This document shows, piece by piece, positions 46,968 to 58,775 of a stretch of DNA of 64,000 nucleotides. Made by a program: the position numbers and the translations under genes. Source of the DNA: Clostridia bacterium (GTDB taxonomy: Bacteria > Bacillota > Clostridia > Christensenellales > CAG-138); assembly GCA_036652795.1 (NCBI GenBank), contig JAVVVD010000004.1:114603-178602 (forward strand). The letters run 5' to 3'. The notes beneath the pieces are model-generated. The model was not told where the DNA came from, ran no database searches, and was given only the letters and a program-made list of their open reading frames with translations. Within the stretch, counting starts at the first letter, position 1; the number at the start of each line of letters is the position of its first letter.

Positions 46968-48287
46968 ATGCAATCTATCAACGTGGTATGGGAAAGATCC
47001 CTGGTACTGCTTAAAAAAGAAATGACCGAGGTCAGCTATAATACGTGGATAATCCCGCTTGAGCCGTTATGCATCAAGGATAATTCGCTTATTTTGCTTG
47101 CTCAGAGCGACCTTGCCCGTACAACTCTTCATAATCTATATTCATCTTCTGTTACCGCGGCCGTAAACAAGGCTAACGGCACTGAGCTTATAGTATCTTT
47201 TATAGAACCGGCTGAAAAGGAGAAATATATCCCTCTCTCCCTTCCTTCCGAGGAGCATGACAGGGATTTTACACTTAATCCAAAGTATACATTCGATTCA
47301 TTTGTTATAGGCTCTTCAAACAATTTTGCCCATGCAGCCGCAAAGGCTGTGGCGGATAATCCTTCTTCGGCATACAACCCGCTTTTTATATATGGCGGCG
47401 TTGGTTTGGGTAAAACCCATCTCATGCACGCAATAGGTAACCAGATAAAAAAGCAAAACCCCAAGGCAAAGATAATATATGTTACCAGCGAAACATTTAC
47501 CAACGAGATGATACAGTCCATTCAAGAGGATAAGCGCGCACGATTTCGTAATAAATACCGCAGCGCAGATGTGCTTATGGTTGACGATATACAGTTTATA
47601 TCCGGCAAAGTTGGTACTCAGGAGGAATTTTTCAACACCTTTAATGCCCTTCATACATCAGGAAAGCAGATAATACTCAGCTCGGACAAGCCGCCTATGG
47701 AGATACCCACCCTTGAAGAGCGTTTGAGATCACGCTTTGAGGGTGGTCTTATATCCGACATACAACCACCAGATGTTGAAACGCGTATAGCGATATTAAA
47801 AAAGAAAGCACAGATGGAGAATATAGACATAGACGAAATGGTTCTGTGCTTTATTGCCGAAAAGGTAAAATCCAACATTCGTCAGCTTGAAGGCTCGCTT
47901 ACCCGCGTAATAGCGTATTCCAAGCTTACTAAAAAGCCACTTGATCTAAAACTTGCCGATACAGCCCTAAAGGATATAATACCGGGCTACGAAAACCGCA
48001 AGGTTACAATCGAACTTATTCAGCAGGTGGTGGCCGATTATTATTCAATGGAGGTAGAAGGTCTTTTTTCACAGCGCAGGACTATGGAAACAACATATCC
48101 GCGCCATATGGCCATGTTTTTATGTAAGGAACTGACGGATTGCTCATTAAAAACCATAGGAAGAAGCTTTGGCGGCAGGGATCATACCACCGTTATAAAC
48201 GCGTGCCGTAAAATAGAAGCCGACAAGAGCGCAAATCCGCATACAGTCGTTGTACTTGAGGATATAAAAAAGCGTATTCTAAAATAA
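46968..48287 (+). CDS. dnaA: Chromosomal replication initiator protein DnaA
   Basis: Contains NPLFIYGGVGLGKTHLMHAIGN, the AAA+ box VII/sensor regions, and C-terminal domain IV (FGGRDHTTVINACRKI). Confidence 0.97.
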   Translation: MQSINVVWERSLVLLKKEMTEVSYNTWIIPLEPLCIKDNSLILLAQSDLARTTLHNLYSSSVTAAVNKANGTELIVSFIEPAEKEKYIPLSLPSEEHDRDFTLNPKYTFDSFVIGSSNNFAHAAAKAVADNPSSAYNPLFIYGGVGLGKTHLMHAIGNQIKKQNPKAKIIYVTSETFTNEMIQSIQEDKRARFRNKYRSADVLMVDDIQFISGKVGTQEEFFNTFNALHTSGKQIILSSDKPPMEIPTLEERLRSRFEGGLISDIQPPDVETRIAILKKKAQMENIDIDEMVLCFIAEKVKSNIRQLEGSLTRVIAYSKLTKKPLDLKLADTALKDIIPGYENRKVTIELIQQVVADYYSMEVEGLFSQRRTMETTYPRHMAMFLCKELTDCSLKTIGRSFGGRDHTTVINACRKIEADKSANPHTVVVLEDIKKRILK

Positions 48288-48313
48288 TAAACAGCATTAA
48301 GCAATATAATATT

Positions 48314-48524
48314 TTATCAACATTCTGTTTATAATTCCTGTGGAAAGTGATTTTACCGATTGTTGAAAGTGTTGACGATGTATATAATGTTAACAACCTC
48401 CCGCTTATACATCAAATTTTCAACACGGTTATATACACCGATTTTCCAGCAGCGCAGTAGCTTTATACAGCTTATCCACACTATTAAGACCACTACTAAT
48501 GCTACTGCTAAAATAATAAATAAC
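48314..48524. promoter_or_regulatory. dnaA-dnaN intergenic origin element: DnaA boxes, DnaA-trio-like array and AT-rich tract
   Basis: TTATCAACA (48314-48322, 8/9) and TTATCCACA (48472-48480, perfect), plus several 7/9 boxes. These are followed by CTA CTA ATG CTA CTG CTA (48493-48510) and AAAATAATAAATAA (48511-48524). Confidence 0.65.
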
Positions 48525-48537
48525 AAGGAGATTCATT

Positions 48538-49644
48538 ATGCGCTTCGTTGTAGACACTCAGCAGCTCAATGCTGCTATATCCACAGTAACCAAAGCTTTA
48601 TCTACAAAAACTACAATTGGTATACTTGAGGGCATATATATCCAGGCGGCGGACAATTCCATTTTACTAAAGTGCACTGACCTATCGCTTCAAATAGAAA
48701 CTATAGTTCCTGCAACCGTTGAGGAGGATGGTGCAATTGTTTTGCCAGGACGCCTTTTTTCAGAAATGGCTCGGCGCTTCCCTAACGAACTGACAAATAT
48801 TCATACCGAAAACAATACTGCATTCCTTGAAAGCGGAAGGGCAAAAGCGACGATACAGTGCGAAAATGCCTCTGAATACCATACTATGCCAGAGGTTAAA
48901 CATGATTTTGAGGTAAAAATAAAGAAAAATCTGCTCAAAAATATGATAAAGCAGTGCATATTTGCCACAGCACAGGATGATACCAAGCCAATACTCACCG
49001 GTGTGCTGCTTGAAATTGATGGAAACAAGCTTTCGATGGTGGCGCTGGATGGATATCGCCTTGCAATAAGAAAAGAGGATATAAGCGGAATAAGCGGGGA
49101 TAAAAAGGTTGTGGTTCCTGCAAAGAGCTTTTTGGAGATAAGCCGCATATTGGAGGATACGCAAGAGGAGATAAGCGTGGTGTTTTCGGCAACACATGTG
49201 CTTATAGATATGGGGTATACAAGGATAAAAACAAGGCTGATGGAGGGTGAATTCATAAAATACAAACAGATACTTCCTGACAGCCACACTACAAGGGTGC
49301 GTTTAAAAAGAAATGAGCTGCTTGAAAGCATAGAGCGTGTATCGCTGATGGCGCGTGAAGGAAAGAGCAATATAATTAAATTCTCGTTTGAAGGTGAAAT
49401 GCTTACGCTTTCAGCTAACAGTGAACTTGGAAAAAGCAACGAGGAGCTTGAAACGGATCTTATGGGAAATGACCTTGATATAGCATTTAATTCAAAGTAT
49501 TTTTCAGATGTATTAAAAACGCTGGAGGATGAGGATATCTATCTTGATATGAATAACAACATAAGCCCATGTGTAATAAGGGGTGTAAAGGGAGATAATT
49601 TCTATTATCTGATTCTTCCTGTAAGGCTTTTTACGGGCATGTAA
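48538..49644 (+). CDS. dnaN: DNA polymerase III beta sliding clamp
   Basis: 368 aa beginning MRFVVDTQQLNAAISTVTKAL. The length is typical of the three-domain clamp, the RBS is AAGGAG, and the position downstream of dnaA is conserved. Confidence 0.97.
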   Translation: MRFVVDTQQLNAAISTVTKALSTKTTIGILEGIYIQAADNSILLKCTDLSLQIETIVPATVEEDGAIVLPGRLFSEMARRFPNELTNIHTENNTAFLESGRAKATIQCENASEYHTMPEVKHDFEVKIKKNLLKNMIKQCIFATAQDDTKPILTGVLLEIDGNKLSMVALDGYRLAIRKEDISGISGDKKVVVPAKSFLEISRILEDTQEEISVVFSATHVLIDMGYTRIKTRLMEGEFIKYKQILPDSHTTRVRLKRNELLESIERVSLMAREGKSNIIKFSFEGEMLTLSANSELGKSNEELETDLMGNDLDIAFNSKYFSDVLKTLEDEDIYLDMNNNISPCVIRGVKGDNFYYLILPVRLFTGM

Positions 49645-49659
49645 TAAAAAATAAAAAGT

Positions 49660-49694
49660 ATATTGTAATAGGGTGGCGGAAATTGTTCCGACGC
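49660..49694 (+). terminator. Imperfect hairpin plus T-run after dnaN
   Basis: AGGGTGGCGGA-aattgt-TCCGACGCCCT followed by ATTTTTT. Confidence 0.5.
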
Positions 49695-49746
49695 CCTATT
49701 TTTTAGCTAAAACAACTACTTCTTTCTTATGATAAATAAACATTTC

Positions 49747-49775
49747 TTGAAAAATGGAACAAAATGTAGTATGAT
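49747..49775 (+). promoter_or_regulatory. Candidate recF promoter
   Basis: TTGAAA, a 17-nt spacer, then TATGAT, about 40 nt upstream of the recF ATG. Confidence 0.45.
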
Positions 49776-49815
49776 AAAACAATAAATCAATAGATAATAG
49801 GGGGTGGTTGCAGGG

Positions 49816-50913
49816 ATGAAAGTGACGCGGCTTAAGCTTAATTATTTTCGCAATTACACCTCGTTGGATATTTCTCCAGGGGGAGGGATAAACGTTATAA
49901 TAGGCGATAATGCGCAGGGAAAAACAAACGCCATAGAAGCGATTTTTTTATGTGCGCTTGCAAGAAGCCATAGAACGCCAAGGGATGCCGAAATGATTAT
50001 GAACGGCTGTGCCGGCGGTTATGCGGGGGTTGATATTAGAGGTGCCGGAATAAGCCATTCGATTGAGATAAAGTTAATTGAGCAGGAACGCAAAAAGATA
50101 TTCGTGGATAAGCAGTTGCTTGGTAAAACTGGTGAGTTGATGGGAATAATCAATGTGGTTATGTTTTCACCCGAGGATCTTTCACTGGTAAAACAAGGTC
50201 CTGCGGAGAGACGCAGGTTTATGGATATGGAGCTGTGTCAGCTTCAGCCGGCATACTATTATCGTTTGCAGCAGTACAACACCGCGCTAAGGCAGCGTAA
50301 TGCAATGTTAAAGGGTGATGCGGGTGCAGTAAAGCCGGGGATGCTGGTGATGTGGGATGAGCAGCTTGCTACCCTTGGTGAAAGCATAATGAACGCTCGC
50401 AGCGCCTTTATAGATGAGCTGAGTATTATAGCAAGCAATCTACATAATACGATATCGGGCGATAAGGAGCGTTTGGCGGTATATTATATGCCTAATGTTG
50501 CTATGGATGGGCCGCTTTCGTTACATGATACGCTTATGGAAGCGCTTATGAGAAATGCGGCGGAGGATATGAGAAGGGGTTTTACAGCGGTTGGGCCGCA
50601 CAGGGATGATATAGGTATCCGTCTCAACGACACCGAGGTGCGCGTATATGGATCTCAAGGACAACAGCGCACGGCAGCGCTTTCAATCAAACTCTCTGAG
50701 TTTGAGCTTATGCGTTCGCGCAAGGGGGAATCCCCGGTTCTGCTATTGGATGATGTGTTTTCAGAGCTTGATGCTTCGCGCTCGCGGCTACTGCTAACGG
50801 CTATGGAGGATTGCCAGTGCTTTTTAACATGTACTTCACTTGGCGAAATAAAAGAGGCGGGTTTTAAAGATATGAGTATATACAATTGCGCAGGCGGCGT
50901 ATTGAAACAGTGA
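49816..50913 (+). CDS. recF: DNA replication and repair protein RecF
   Basis: MKVTRLKLNYFRNY, Walker A GDNAQGKTNAIEAI, SGGQ-like SQGQQRT, and Walker B VLLLDDVFSELD. Confidence 0.95.
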   Translation: MKVTRLKLNYFRNYTSLDISPGGGINVIIGDNAQGKTNAIEAIFLCALARSHRTPRDAEMIMNGCAGGYAGVDIRGAGISHSIEIKLIEQERKKIFVDKQLLGKTGELMGIINVVMFSPEDLSLVKQGPAERRRFMDMELCQLQPAYYYRLQQYNTALRQRNAMLKGDAGAVKPGMLVMWDEQLATLGESIMNARSAFIDELSIIASNLHNTISGDKERLAVYYMPNVAMDGPLSLHDTLMEALMRNAAEDMRRGFTAVGPHRDDIGIRLNDTEVRVYGSQGQQRTAALSIKLSEFELMRSRKGESPVLLLDDVFSELDASRSRLLLTAMEDCQCFLTCTSLGEIKEAGFKDMSIYNCAGGVLKQ

Positions 50914-50947
50914 TAATTATATTTAGCATAACTCACGAAAGGAATAG

Positions 50948-52900
<1,953 letters not shown>

Positions 52901-52960
52901 AAGAAATTGAGAGTATTTTTAAAAAATGCTCTCAGGAAAATTGTTATAACGAGGTAACAG

Positions 52961-55450
52961 ATGATCGAAGAAATGAATAACCCCAGAATAAAAATGCTTG
53001 ATATAGAGGATGAGATGAAGAAATCCTTTATCTCCTATGCCATGGCGGTAATAATAAACCGCGCGCTGCCGGATGTGAGGGACGGACTAAAGCCGGTGCA
53101 TAGGCGTATACTCTATTCAATGGGCGAGCAGGGATTTACCCCGGATAAGACCTTCCATAAATCCGCGCGTATTGTTGGCGATGTGCTTGGTAAATATCAC
53201 CCGCACGGGGATTCCTCCGTGTATGATGCGATGGTGCGCCTTGCGCAGGAATTTAATACAAGATATATGCTGGTAGAGGGTCAGGGCAACTTTGGCAGTG
53301 TGGACGGGGACTCAGCTGCGGCCATGCGTTATACCGAGGCGCGCCTTTCAAAGATGAGCATGGAAATGCTTGCGGATATAGGCAAAAACACCGTTGACTT
53401 CATGCCCAACTTCGATGAAACGCTTATGCAGCCTACAGTGCTGCCCAGCCGTTACCCTAACCTGCTTGTAAACGGGTCGGGCGGTATTGCCGTGGGTATG
53501 GCTACCAACATCCCTCCGCACAACCTTGGCGAAATAATAGACGCATATACGGCGCTTATAGATAATCCCGATCTTACGGTTGAGGATATTATGGCCATTG
53601 TTCCCGGGCCGGACTTTCCAACAGGCGGCATAATAATGGGCACTGCCGGAATAAGGCAGGCATACCGCACAGGCCGCGGCAAGGTGGTTGTGCGCGCGCG
53701 CGCAGAAATAGAGGAGCTATCGGGCGGTAAAAGCCGCATAATAGTGACTGAGATACCGTATCAGGTTAATAAGTCGCGCCTTGTGGAAAAGATAGCGGAG
53801 CTTGTGCATGAAAAGCGCATAGAGGGCATTGGAGATCTGCGCGATGAAACAGATCGCCGCGGTATGCGCATTGTTATCGAACTAAAAAGGGATGTAAATG
53901 CAAACGTAATACTCAATCAGCTCTACAAGCATACACAGATGCAGGATACATTTGGCGTAATAATGCTTGCGCTTGTTGACGGCGAGCCAAAGGTGCTAAA
54001 CATCAGGGAGATGCTGTATCACTATCTAAAATTCCAAGAGCAGGTGGTTACGCGCCGCACACAGTACGACCTTGAAAAGGCAAACGAGCGGCTGCACATA
54101 ATAGAGGGCTTGATAATAGCGCTGGATAATATAGATGAGGTCGTGGAGCTGATTAAAAAGTCACCATCAGGTCCAGTGGCAAAGGAACGGCTAACGGAGC
54201 GCTTCGGCCTTTCTGACAGACAGTCTCAGGCGATACTGGATATGCGCCTACAGCGCCTTACTGGGCTTGAACGCGAAAAGATCGAGGCGGAATACGGTGA
54301 GCTTGTGAAGATAGTCGCCTATTACGAGAGCATACTTGCAGACGAAAGCAAGCTGCTTGCCATAATCAAGGAAGAAATACTTGAGATACGCCGCCGCTAT
54401 GCCGATGCACGCCGCACGGAAATAACGCAGGTGACGGATGATATCGACCTTGACGATATAATACAGGAAGAGGACATGATAGTTACCCTGACGCACCTGG
54501 GCTATATAAAGCGCATTGCGGCGGACACCTACCGCAGTCAGAACCGTGGCGGAAAGGGCGTTATGGGGCAAACTACGCGTGATGAGGACTTTGTAGAGCA
54601 TATATTCGCCGCCAACACGCACGATCAGCTTATGTTCTTCACTAACCGTGGGCGTGCGTTCCGCATAAAGTGCTATATGCTGCCTGAGGCTGGGCGCGTT
54701 GCAAAGGGCACAGCTATAGTGAATCTGCTGCAATTGCAGGGCGATGAAAAGATAACCGCTGTATTTCCCGTTACCGCAGAGGCGGAGGGCGAGTATCTGG
54801 TGCTTGCAACACGCGATGGCGTTATAAAGAAAACGCCGATGAGCGATTTTGACAACATTAGAAAGACAGGCATTATTGCTCAGGGATTGCGCGAGGGTGA
54901 TGAGCTTATAAGCGTTATGCTCTCCACGGGCAGCGATGAATTCCTCATAGGAACGCGACAGGGCAAGTGCATAAGATTCCATGAGGATGATGTGCGCCCT
55001 ATGGGCAGGGCGGCTACCGGTGTGCGCAGCATACTGCTGGATGAGCATGATTACGTGGTGGATGCAGTTAAGATAATACCTGAGGCAACGGTACTCTCCG
55101 TTACCCAGCGTGGCATGAGCAAGCGCACTGCCGAGGATGGATACCCGTCTCAGCGGCGCGGCGGTAAAGGCGTTATAGCAATGAACCTTACGGAGCGTAC
55201 GGGCGAGCTTGTGTGCATGAAGATGTGCATTGGCGACGAGGACGTGATGATGATACGTGACGATGGCAAGGTGATGCGCACGCCTGTGGATAACATAAGC
55301 ATTATATCCCGCAATACTCAGGGCGTTAAAACGATGCATGTGGACGATGGCACTGAGGTGATGAGCGTAGCGCTGGTGCCGTATGTTGAGGAAAATGATG
55401 TGACAGAGGAAATCGAACAGGGGAGTGATCCCAGTGACGCAACAGTTTAA
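52961..55450 (+). CDS. gyrA: DNA gyrase subunit A
   Basis: [28 protein letters not shown], the QRDR segment [17 protein letters not shown], and the active-site [10 protein letters not shown]. Confidence 0.97.
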   Translation: MIEEMNNPRIKMLDIEDEMKKSFISYAMAVIINRALPDVRDGLKPVHRRILYSMGEQGFTPDKTFHKSARIVGDVLGKYHPHGDSSVYDAMVRLAQEFNTRYMLVEGQGNFGSVDGDSAAAMRYTEARLSKMSMEMLADIGKNTVDFMPNFDETLMQPTVLPSRYPNLLVNGSGGIAVGMATNIPPHNLGEIIDAYTALIDNPDLTVEDIMAIVPGPDFPTGGIIMGTAGIRQAYRTGRGKVVVRARAEIEELSGGKSRIIVTEIPYQVNKSRLVEKIAELVHEKRIEGIGDLRDETDRRGMRIVIELKRDVNANVILNQLYKHTQMQDTFGVIMLALVDGEPKVLNIREMLYHYLKFQEQVVTRRTQYDLEKANERLHIIEGLIIALDNIDEVVELIKKSPSGPVAKERLTERFGLSDRQSQAILDMRLQRLTGLEREKIEAEYGELVKIVAYYESILADESKLLAIIKEEILEIRRRYADARRTEITQVTDDIDLDDIIQEEDMIVTLTHLGYIKRIAADTYRSQNRGGKGVMGQTTRDEDFVEHIFAANTHDQLMFFTNRGRAFRIKCYMLPEAGRVAKGTAIVNLLQLQGDEKITAVFPVTAEAEGEYLVLATRDGVIKKTPMSDFDNIRKTGIIAQGLREGDELISVMLSTGSDEFLIGTRQGKCIRFHEDDVRPMGRAATGVRSILLDEHDYVVDAVKIIPEATVLSVTQRGMSKRTAEDGYPSQRRGGKGVIAMNLTERTGELVCMKMCIGDEDVMMIRDDGKVMRTPVDNISIISRNTQGVKTMHVDDGTEVMSVALVPYVEENDVTEEIEQGSDPSDATV

Positions 55451-56804
55451 CATACCCAAAGGCCTTGAGCGACTCGCTCGCCTCTTCTATGAGGCGGGCG
55501 CGCGCCTGTATGCGGTGGGTGGCATGATACGCAACCCACTGCTGGGTCTGCCGGTGAGCGATATGGACATAACTAGCGCAATGCTGCCAGGAGATCTTAT
55601 AGCGCTGTGCGAGCATAATGGTATACATCACATCGAAAAGGGCATAGACTTTGGCACAATAGAGCTGCACTATAGCGGGATGAGCCTTGAGCATACCACG
55701 TTCCGCAGCGACATATACGGCGAAGGCGGAACGCACAGGCCGCAGGACGTGCGCTTTACAAAAACGCTGGGCGAGGATGCGTTTAGACGGGATTTCACTA
55801 TAAATGCAATCTATCTTGATATATTGGATGGCGGGTTAAGCGACCCAACCGGTGGATTACACGATATTTCAGCGCGAATTATGCGCGCCACAAACCCTGA
55901 TCCAGCGGTAATAATGCAAAATGATGCCCTGCGTATATTGCGTATGGCGCGCTTTGCGGCGGAGCTGGGCTTTGATGTAGAAGATGAAACCCTTAATGCT
56001 GCAAAGCGATTTTCAGCGAAGCTTAAGGATATTTCGCACGAGCGCATACGCGATGAGCTCACGAAGATACTGCTTTCAGATATTCGCTATGCAAACTCTA
56101 GCGGTGTACTGCGCGGCCTTACACTGCTGGAAAAAACAGGCGCACTGGATGTTATATTGCCGGAGCTTGCGCTTGGGCGCGCAATACAGCAAAAGGCGGC
56201 CTATCATGCATATGATGTGCTGTGGCATTCGCTGCATACGGCACAGGAGGCACAGCCTACAATCGTGATGCGCCTTGCCGGCTTGCTGCACGATGTGGGT
56301 AAACCCAAGGTATATATCGAAACAGGCAAAATGTACAACCATGATGCGATAGGCGAGAATATAGCCCGGGAAATACTTACACGCCTTAAATACCCCAACG
56401 CCATCAAAAAGCAGGTGTGCACGCTGGTGCGCTACCATATGTATGATCTATCTGGGCTTGCAAAGGAAAATACGCTGCGCATGAAGTTTGCGCTTTTGGG
56501 CTATGAAACATCGCTGGCGCTTTGCGATATGCGCGAGGCGGATGTTCACGGCTCAGGCAGGATAAGCGGTGAAGTGAAAACCGCGGAGCGTTGGCGGGAT
56601 ATTCTAGCGCGTATGAAGGCGCAGGGCGCGCCGTTTTGCGAGGATGAGCTTAAGTGTACGGGCGCAGATATAATGCAGTGGCTGTCGTTGCCCTCATCCC
56701 CAAGAATAGGTGAGATAAAGCGTGCCATGCTGCTGCACTGCGCGCAGAAACCGCAGGACAATGTGCCTGAAAAGCTAAAAAAACTTGCAAGGGACATGAT
56801 GTGA
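55434..56804 (+). CDS. cca: CCA tRNA nucleotidyltransferase (poly(A) polymerase head domain + HD domain)
   Basis: Contains [32 protein letters not shown] and the HD motif LLHDVGKP. Candidate GTG starts lie at 55425 and 55434, and both overlap the gyrA end. Confidence 0.8.
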   Translation: MTQQFNIPKGLERLARLFYEAGARLYAVGGMIRNPLLGLPVSDMDITSAMLPGDLIALCEHNGIHHIEKGIDFGTIELHYSGMSLEHTTFRSDIYGEGGTHRPQDVRFTKTLGEDAFRRDFTINAIYLDILDGGLSDPTGGLHDISARIMRATNPDPAVIMQNDALRILRMARFAAELGFDVEDETLNAAKRFSAKLKDISHERIRDELTKILLSDIRYANSSGVLRGLTLLEKTGALDVILPELALGRAIQQKAAYHAYDVLWHSLHTAQEAQPTIVMRLAGLLHDVGKPKVYIETGKMYNHDAIGENIAREILTRLKYPNAIKKQVCTLVRYHMYDLSGLAKENTLRMKFALLGYETSLALCDMREADVHGSGRISGEVKTAERWRDILARMKAQGAPFCEDELKCTGADIMQWLSLPSSPRIGEIKRAMLLHCAQKPQDNVPEKLKKLARDMM

Positions 56805-56805
56805 T

Positions 56806-57465
56806 ATGAAAAGACCGATTATAGGTATTACCCCATCACTAAATGACGAGCACGACAGCTATAAGCTAAACATCTGCTATGCGGAAATGGTAAAAAGGGC
56901 CGGCGGCTGTGCGCTTATACTCCCATACGATTTCGACAGGGCGGAGCTGCTAGACGGTGTGATATTTTCGGGCGGCGGCGACATGTGCGCGTCCCTTGCG
57001 GGCTATGAGGATGGCGAGCTTGTAAAAGATGCGCTGCCGCAGCGGGATGAGCTTGAGGTGCGCCTGTTTAAAACGGCAAGCGCGATGAAGCTGCCAATAC
57101 TTGGAATATGCAGGGGCTGCCAACTGCTCAACGTGATGGCCGGCGGGACGCTGCATCGCGATATAGCCGAGGCGGGTTATGATGAGGAGCATTGGCTGGC
57201 CGAAAAAGGGTATCATCCGGTGCTATGCGAAAAGGGGAGTATGGCCGAGCGCATGTTTGAAAAAACAAATGGCGTGTGGAGCACACACCATCAGGCAATA
57301 GACAGGTCGGGTGATGGCTATGCTGTTACTGCGCGTTCGCCCAAGGGCGTAGTTGAAGCTATTGAGCACAACAGCGGGCGGATACTTGGGCTGCAAACTC
57401 ACCCCGAACGCATGGAACTGACGGAGCCATTTAAATGGCTTATCATGGTTGCGGGGCAAAGATGA
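56806..57465 (+). CDS. Class I glutamine amidotransferase, peptidase C26 / gamma-glutamyl-GABA hydrolase-like
   Basis: Nucleophile elbow ILGICRGCQLLNV, with His in the HHQAI and LQTHPE motifs. Confidence 0.8.
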   Translation: MKRPIIGITPSLNDEHDSYKLNICYAEMVKRAGGCALILPYDFDRAELLDGVIFSGGGDMCASLAGYEDGELVKDALPQRDELEVRLFKTASAMKLPILGICRGCQLLNVMAGGTLHRDIAEAGYDEEHWLAEKGYHPVLCEKGSMAERMFEKTNGVWSTHHQAIDRSGDGYAVTARSPKGVVEAIEHNSGRILGLQTHPERMELTEPFKWLIMVAGQR

Positions 57466-57495
57466 AGCCGTCCGTATGTAAACAATTTGTGTCCG

Positions 57496-57530
57496 TAGAG
57501 CGCATACGCTCTATTTGCTGGGGTTTTGCT
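57496..57530 (+). terminator. Hairpin plus T-rich tail after the amidotransferase gene
   Basis: TAGAGCG-cata-CGCTCTA followed by TTTGCTGGGGTTTT. Confidence 0.5.
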
Positions 57531-57673
57531 TGCAAACACGTGGGAAAAATTGTAGAATAGAAAGACCTATTCGGCATTGACGCAGGATTGAGTGCTGGAT
57601 AATTATTATAATTGATCGAAACAATTCGCCCGGAGGGTAAAGACTCCGCTTGCGGGCGCTGGGAGGATATACT

Positions 57674-58612
57674 GTGAGTTTATCACTACAGGTTAAAAAG
57701 TTCATAAACTCTGAACACACAGGTCAGTATGTGGACATAACGCTTCCGAATGAGCTGCCGTCAGAAACGAAAGGCAAGGAAGACGAGGATACGCAGAGTA
57801 TGCCGCGCTACGAAACAACGCGCATTCACTACCTTGAAGAGGGCACTGGTGAACCGTTGATACTATTGCATACGGTGGGCCAGTCGTTGTATACGTGGAG
57901 GCTTGTGTTTCAGCGCCTTAGTGAGCATTATCGCGTGATAGCATTGGATCTGCTGGGGCACGGCTATTCGGATAGGCCGATAAGCTTTGGCTATACCATA
58001 CGCGACCATGCCGAATCTATCAGATTGTTTATGGATGCGATGGATATTGAATCCGCGCATTTTATGGCGTTTTCGATGGGGTCGGCATATGTTGGGCAGT
58101 TTGCGGTGGACAACCCAGGCCGTGTTGGCCGGATACTTATGATAGCGCCAGGCGGTGTGTCGGCCGAAATGCCGCTGCCCGTGCGCCTTATTGACAGCAC
58201 GATATTTGGCGGGATTGCCAGTATGCTGTATAATCGGGGAACTGTGCGGCGCATATTGGAGGATTGCTTTTTTGACCTTACGTGCGTAAGCGAGGATATG
58301 GTGCAGGAATACTATAAGTCGGCCTCTGATCTAGAGGGGCGCAGAGCGATACGCAGCTCGTTGCACTTTTTTGACGAAACAGCGCTTACAAAAAGAATAA
58401 GGGAATTGGATACGCCTATACTAATCGTGCGTGGCGGCGAGGATAAGTGGCGGACAAGCGAACAGACTGAAGAGCTGCATACCATATTGCCGGACGCGGG
58501 ATACAGCATTATACGAAATGCCGGGCATGTTGTTCAGGAGGAAAAGCCGGACAGGGTGATTGCTTCTGTGCTGGAATTCATACCTGTGGTGATGCCAGGC
58601 CAACAGATGTAA
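57674..58612 (+). CDS. Alpha/beta-fold hydrolase
   Basis: GTG start 7 nt after GGGAGG. Contains HYLEEGTGEPLILLHTVGQS, the nucleophile elbow AFSMGS, and NAGHVVQEEKPD. Confidence 0.8.
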   Translation: MSLSLQVKKFINSEHTGQYVDITLPNELPSETKGKEDEDTQSMPRYETTRIHYLEEGTGEPLILLHTVGQSLYTWRLVFQRLSEHYRVIALDLLGHGYSDRPISFGYTIRDHAESIRLFMDAMDIESAHFMAFSMGSAYVGQFAVDNPGRVGRILMIAPGGVSAEMPLPVRLIDSTIFGGIASMLYNRGTVRRILEDCFFDLTCVSEDMVQEYYKSASDLEGRRAIRSSLHFFDETALTKRIRELDTPILIVRGGEDKWRTSEQTEELHTILPDAGYSIIRNAGHVVQEEKPDRVIASVLEFIPVVMPGQQM

Positions 58613-58630
58613 CGCAATACGGACCTTGGG

Positions 58631-58656
58631 GGGCGCGGAATTCCGTGTCCTTTTTT
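58631..58656 (+). terminator. Rho-independent terminator after the hydrolase gene
   Basis: GGGCGCGG-aatt-CCGTGTCC (8 bp including 2 G-U pairs) followed by TTTTTT. Confidence 0.6.
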
Positions 58657-58775
58657 GTTATATAGTAAATGAAGTGTTAATTTTAGGCCGCAGATTGTTA
58701 TTATAATAGTAAATATGATAGAATGACAAGCTGAGGGGAAAATATCTCCCGAAGTGTTATGAACGGAGAACTGTA

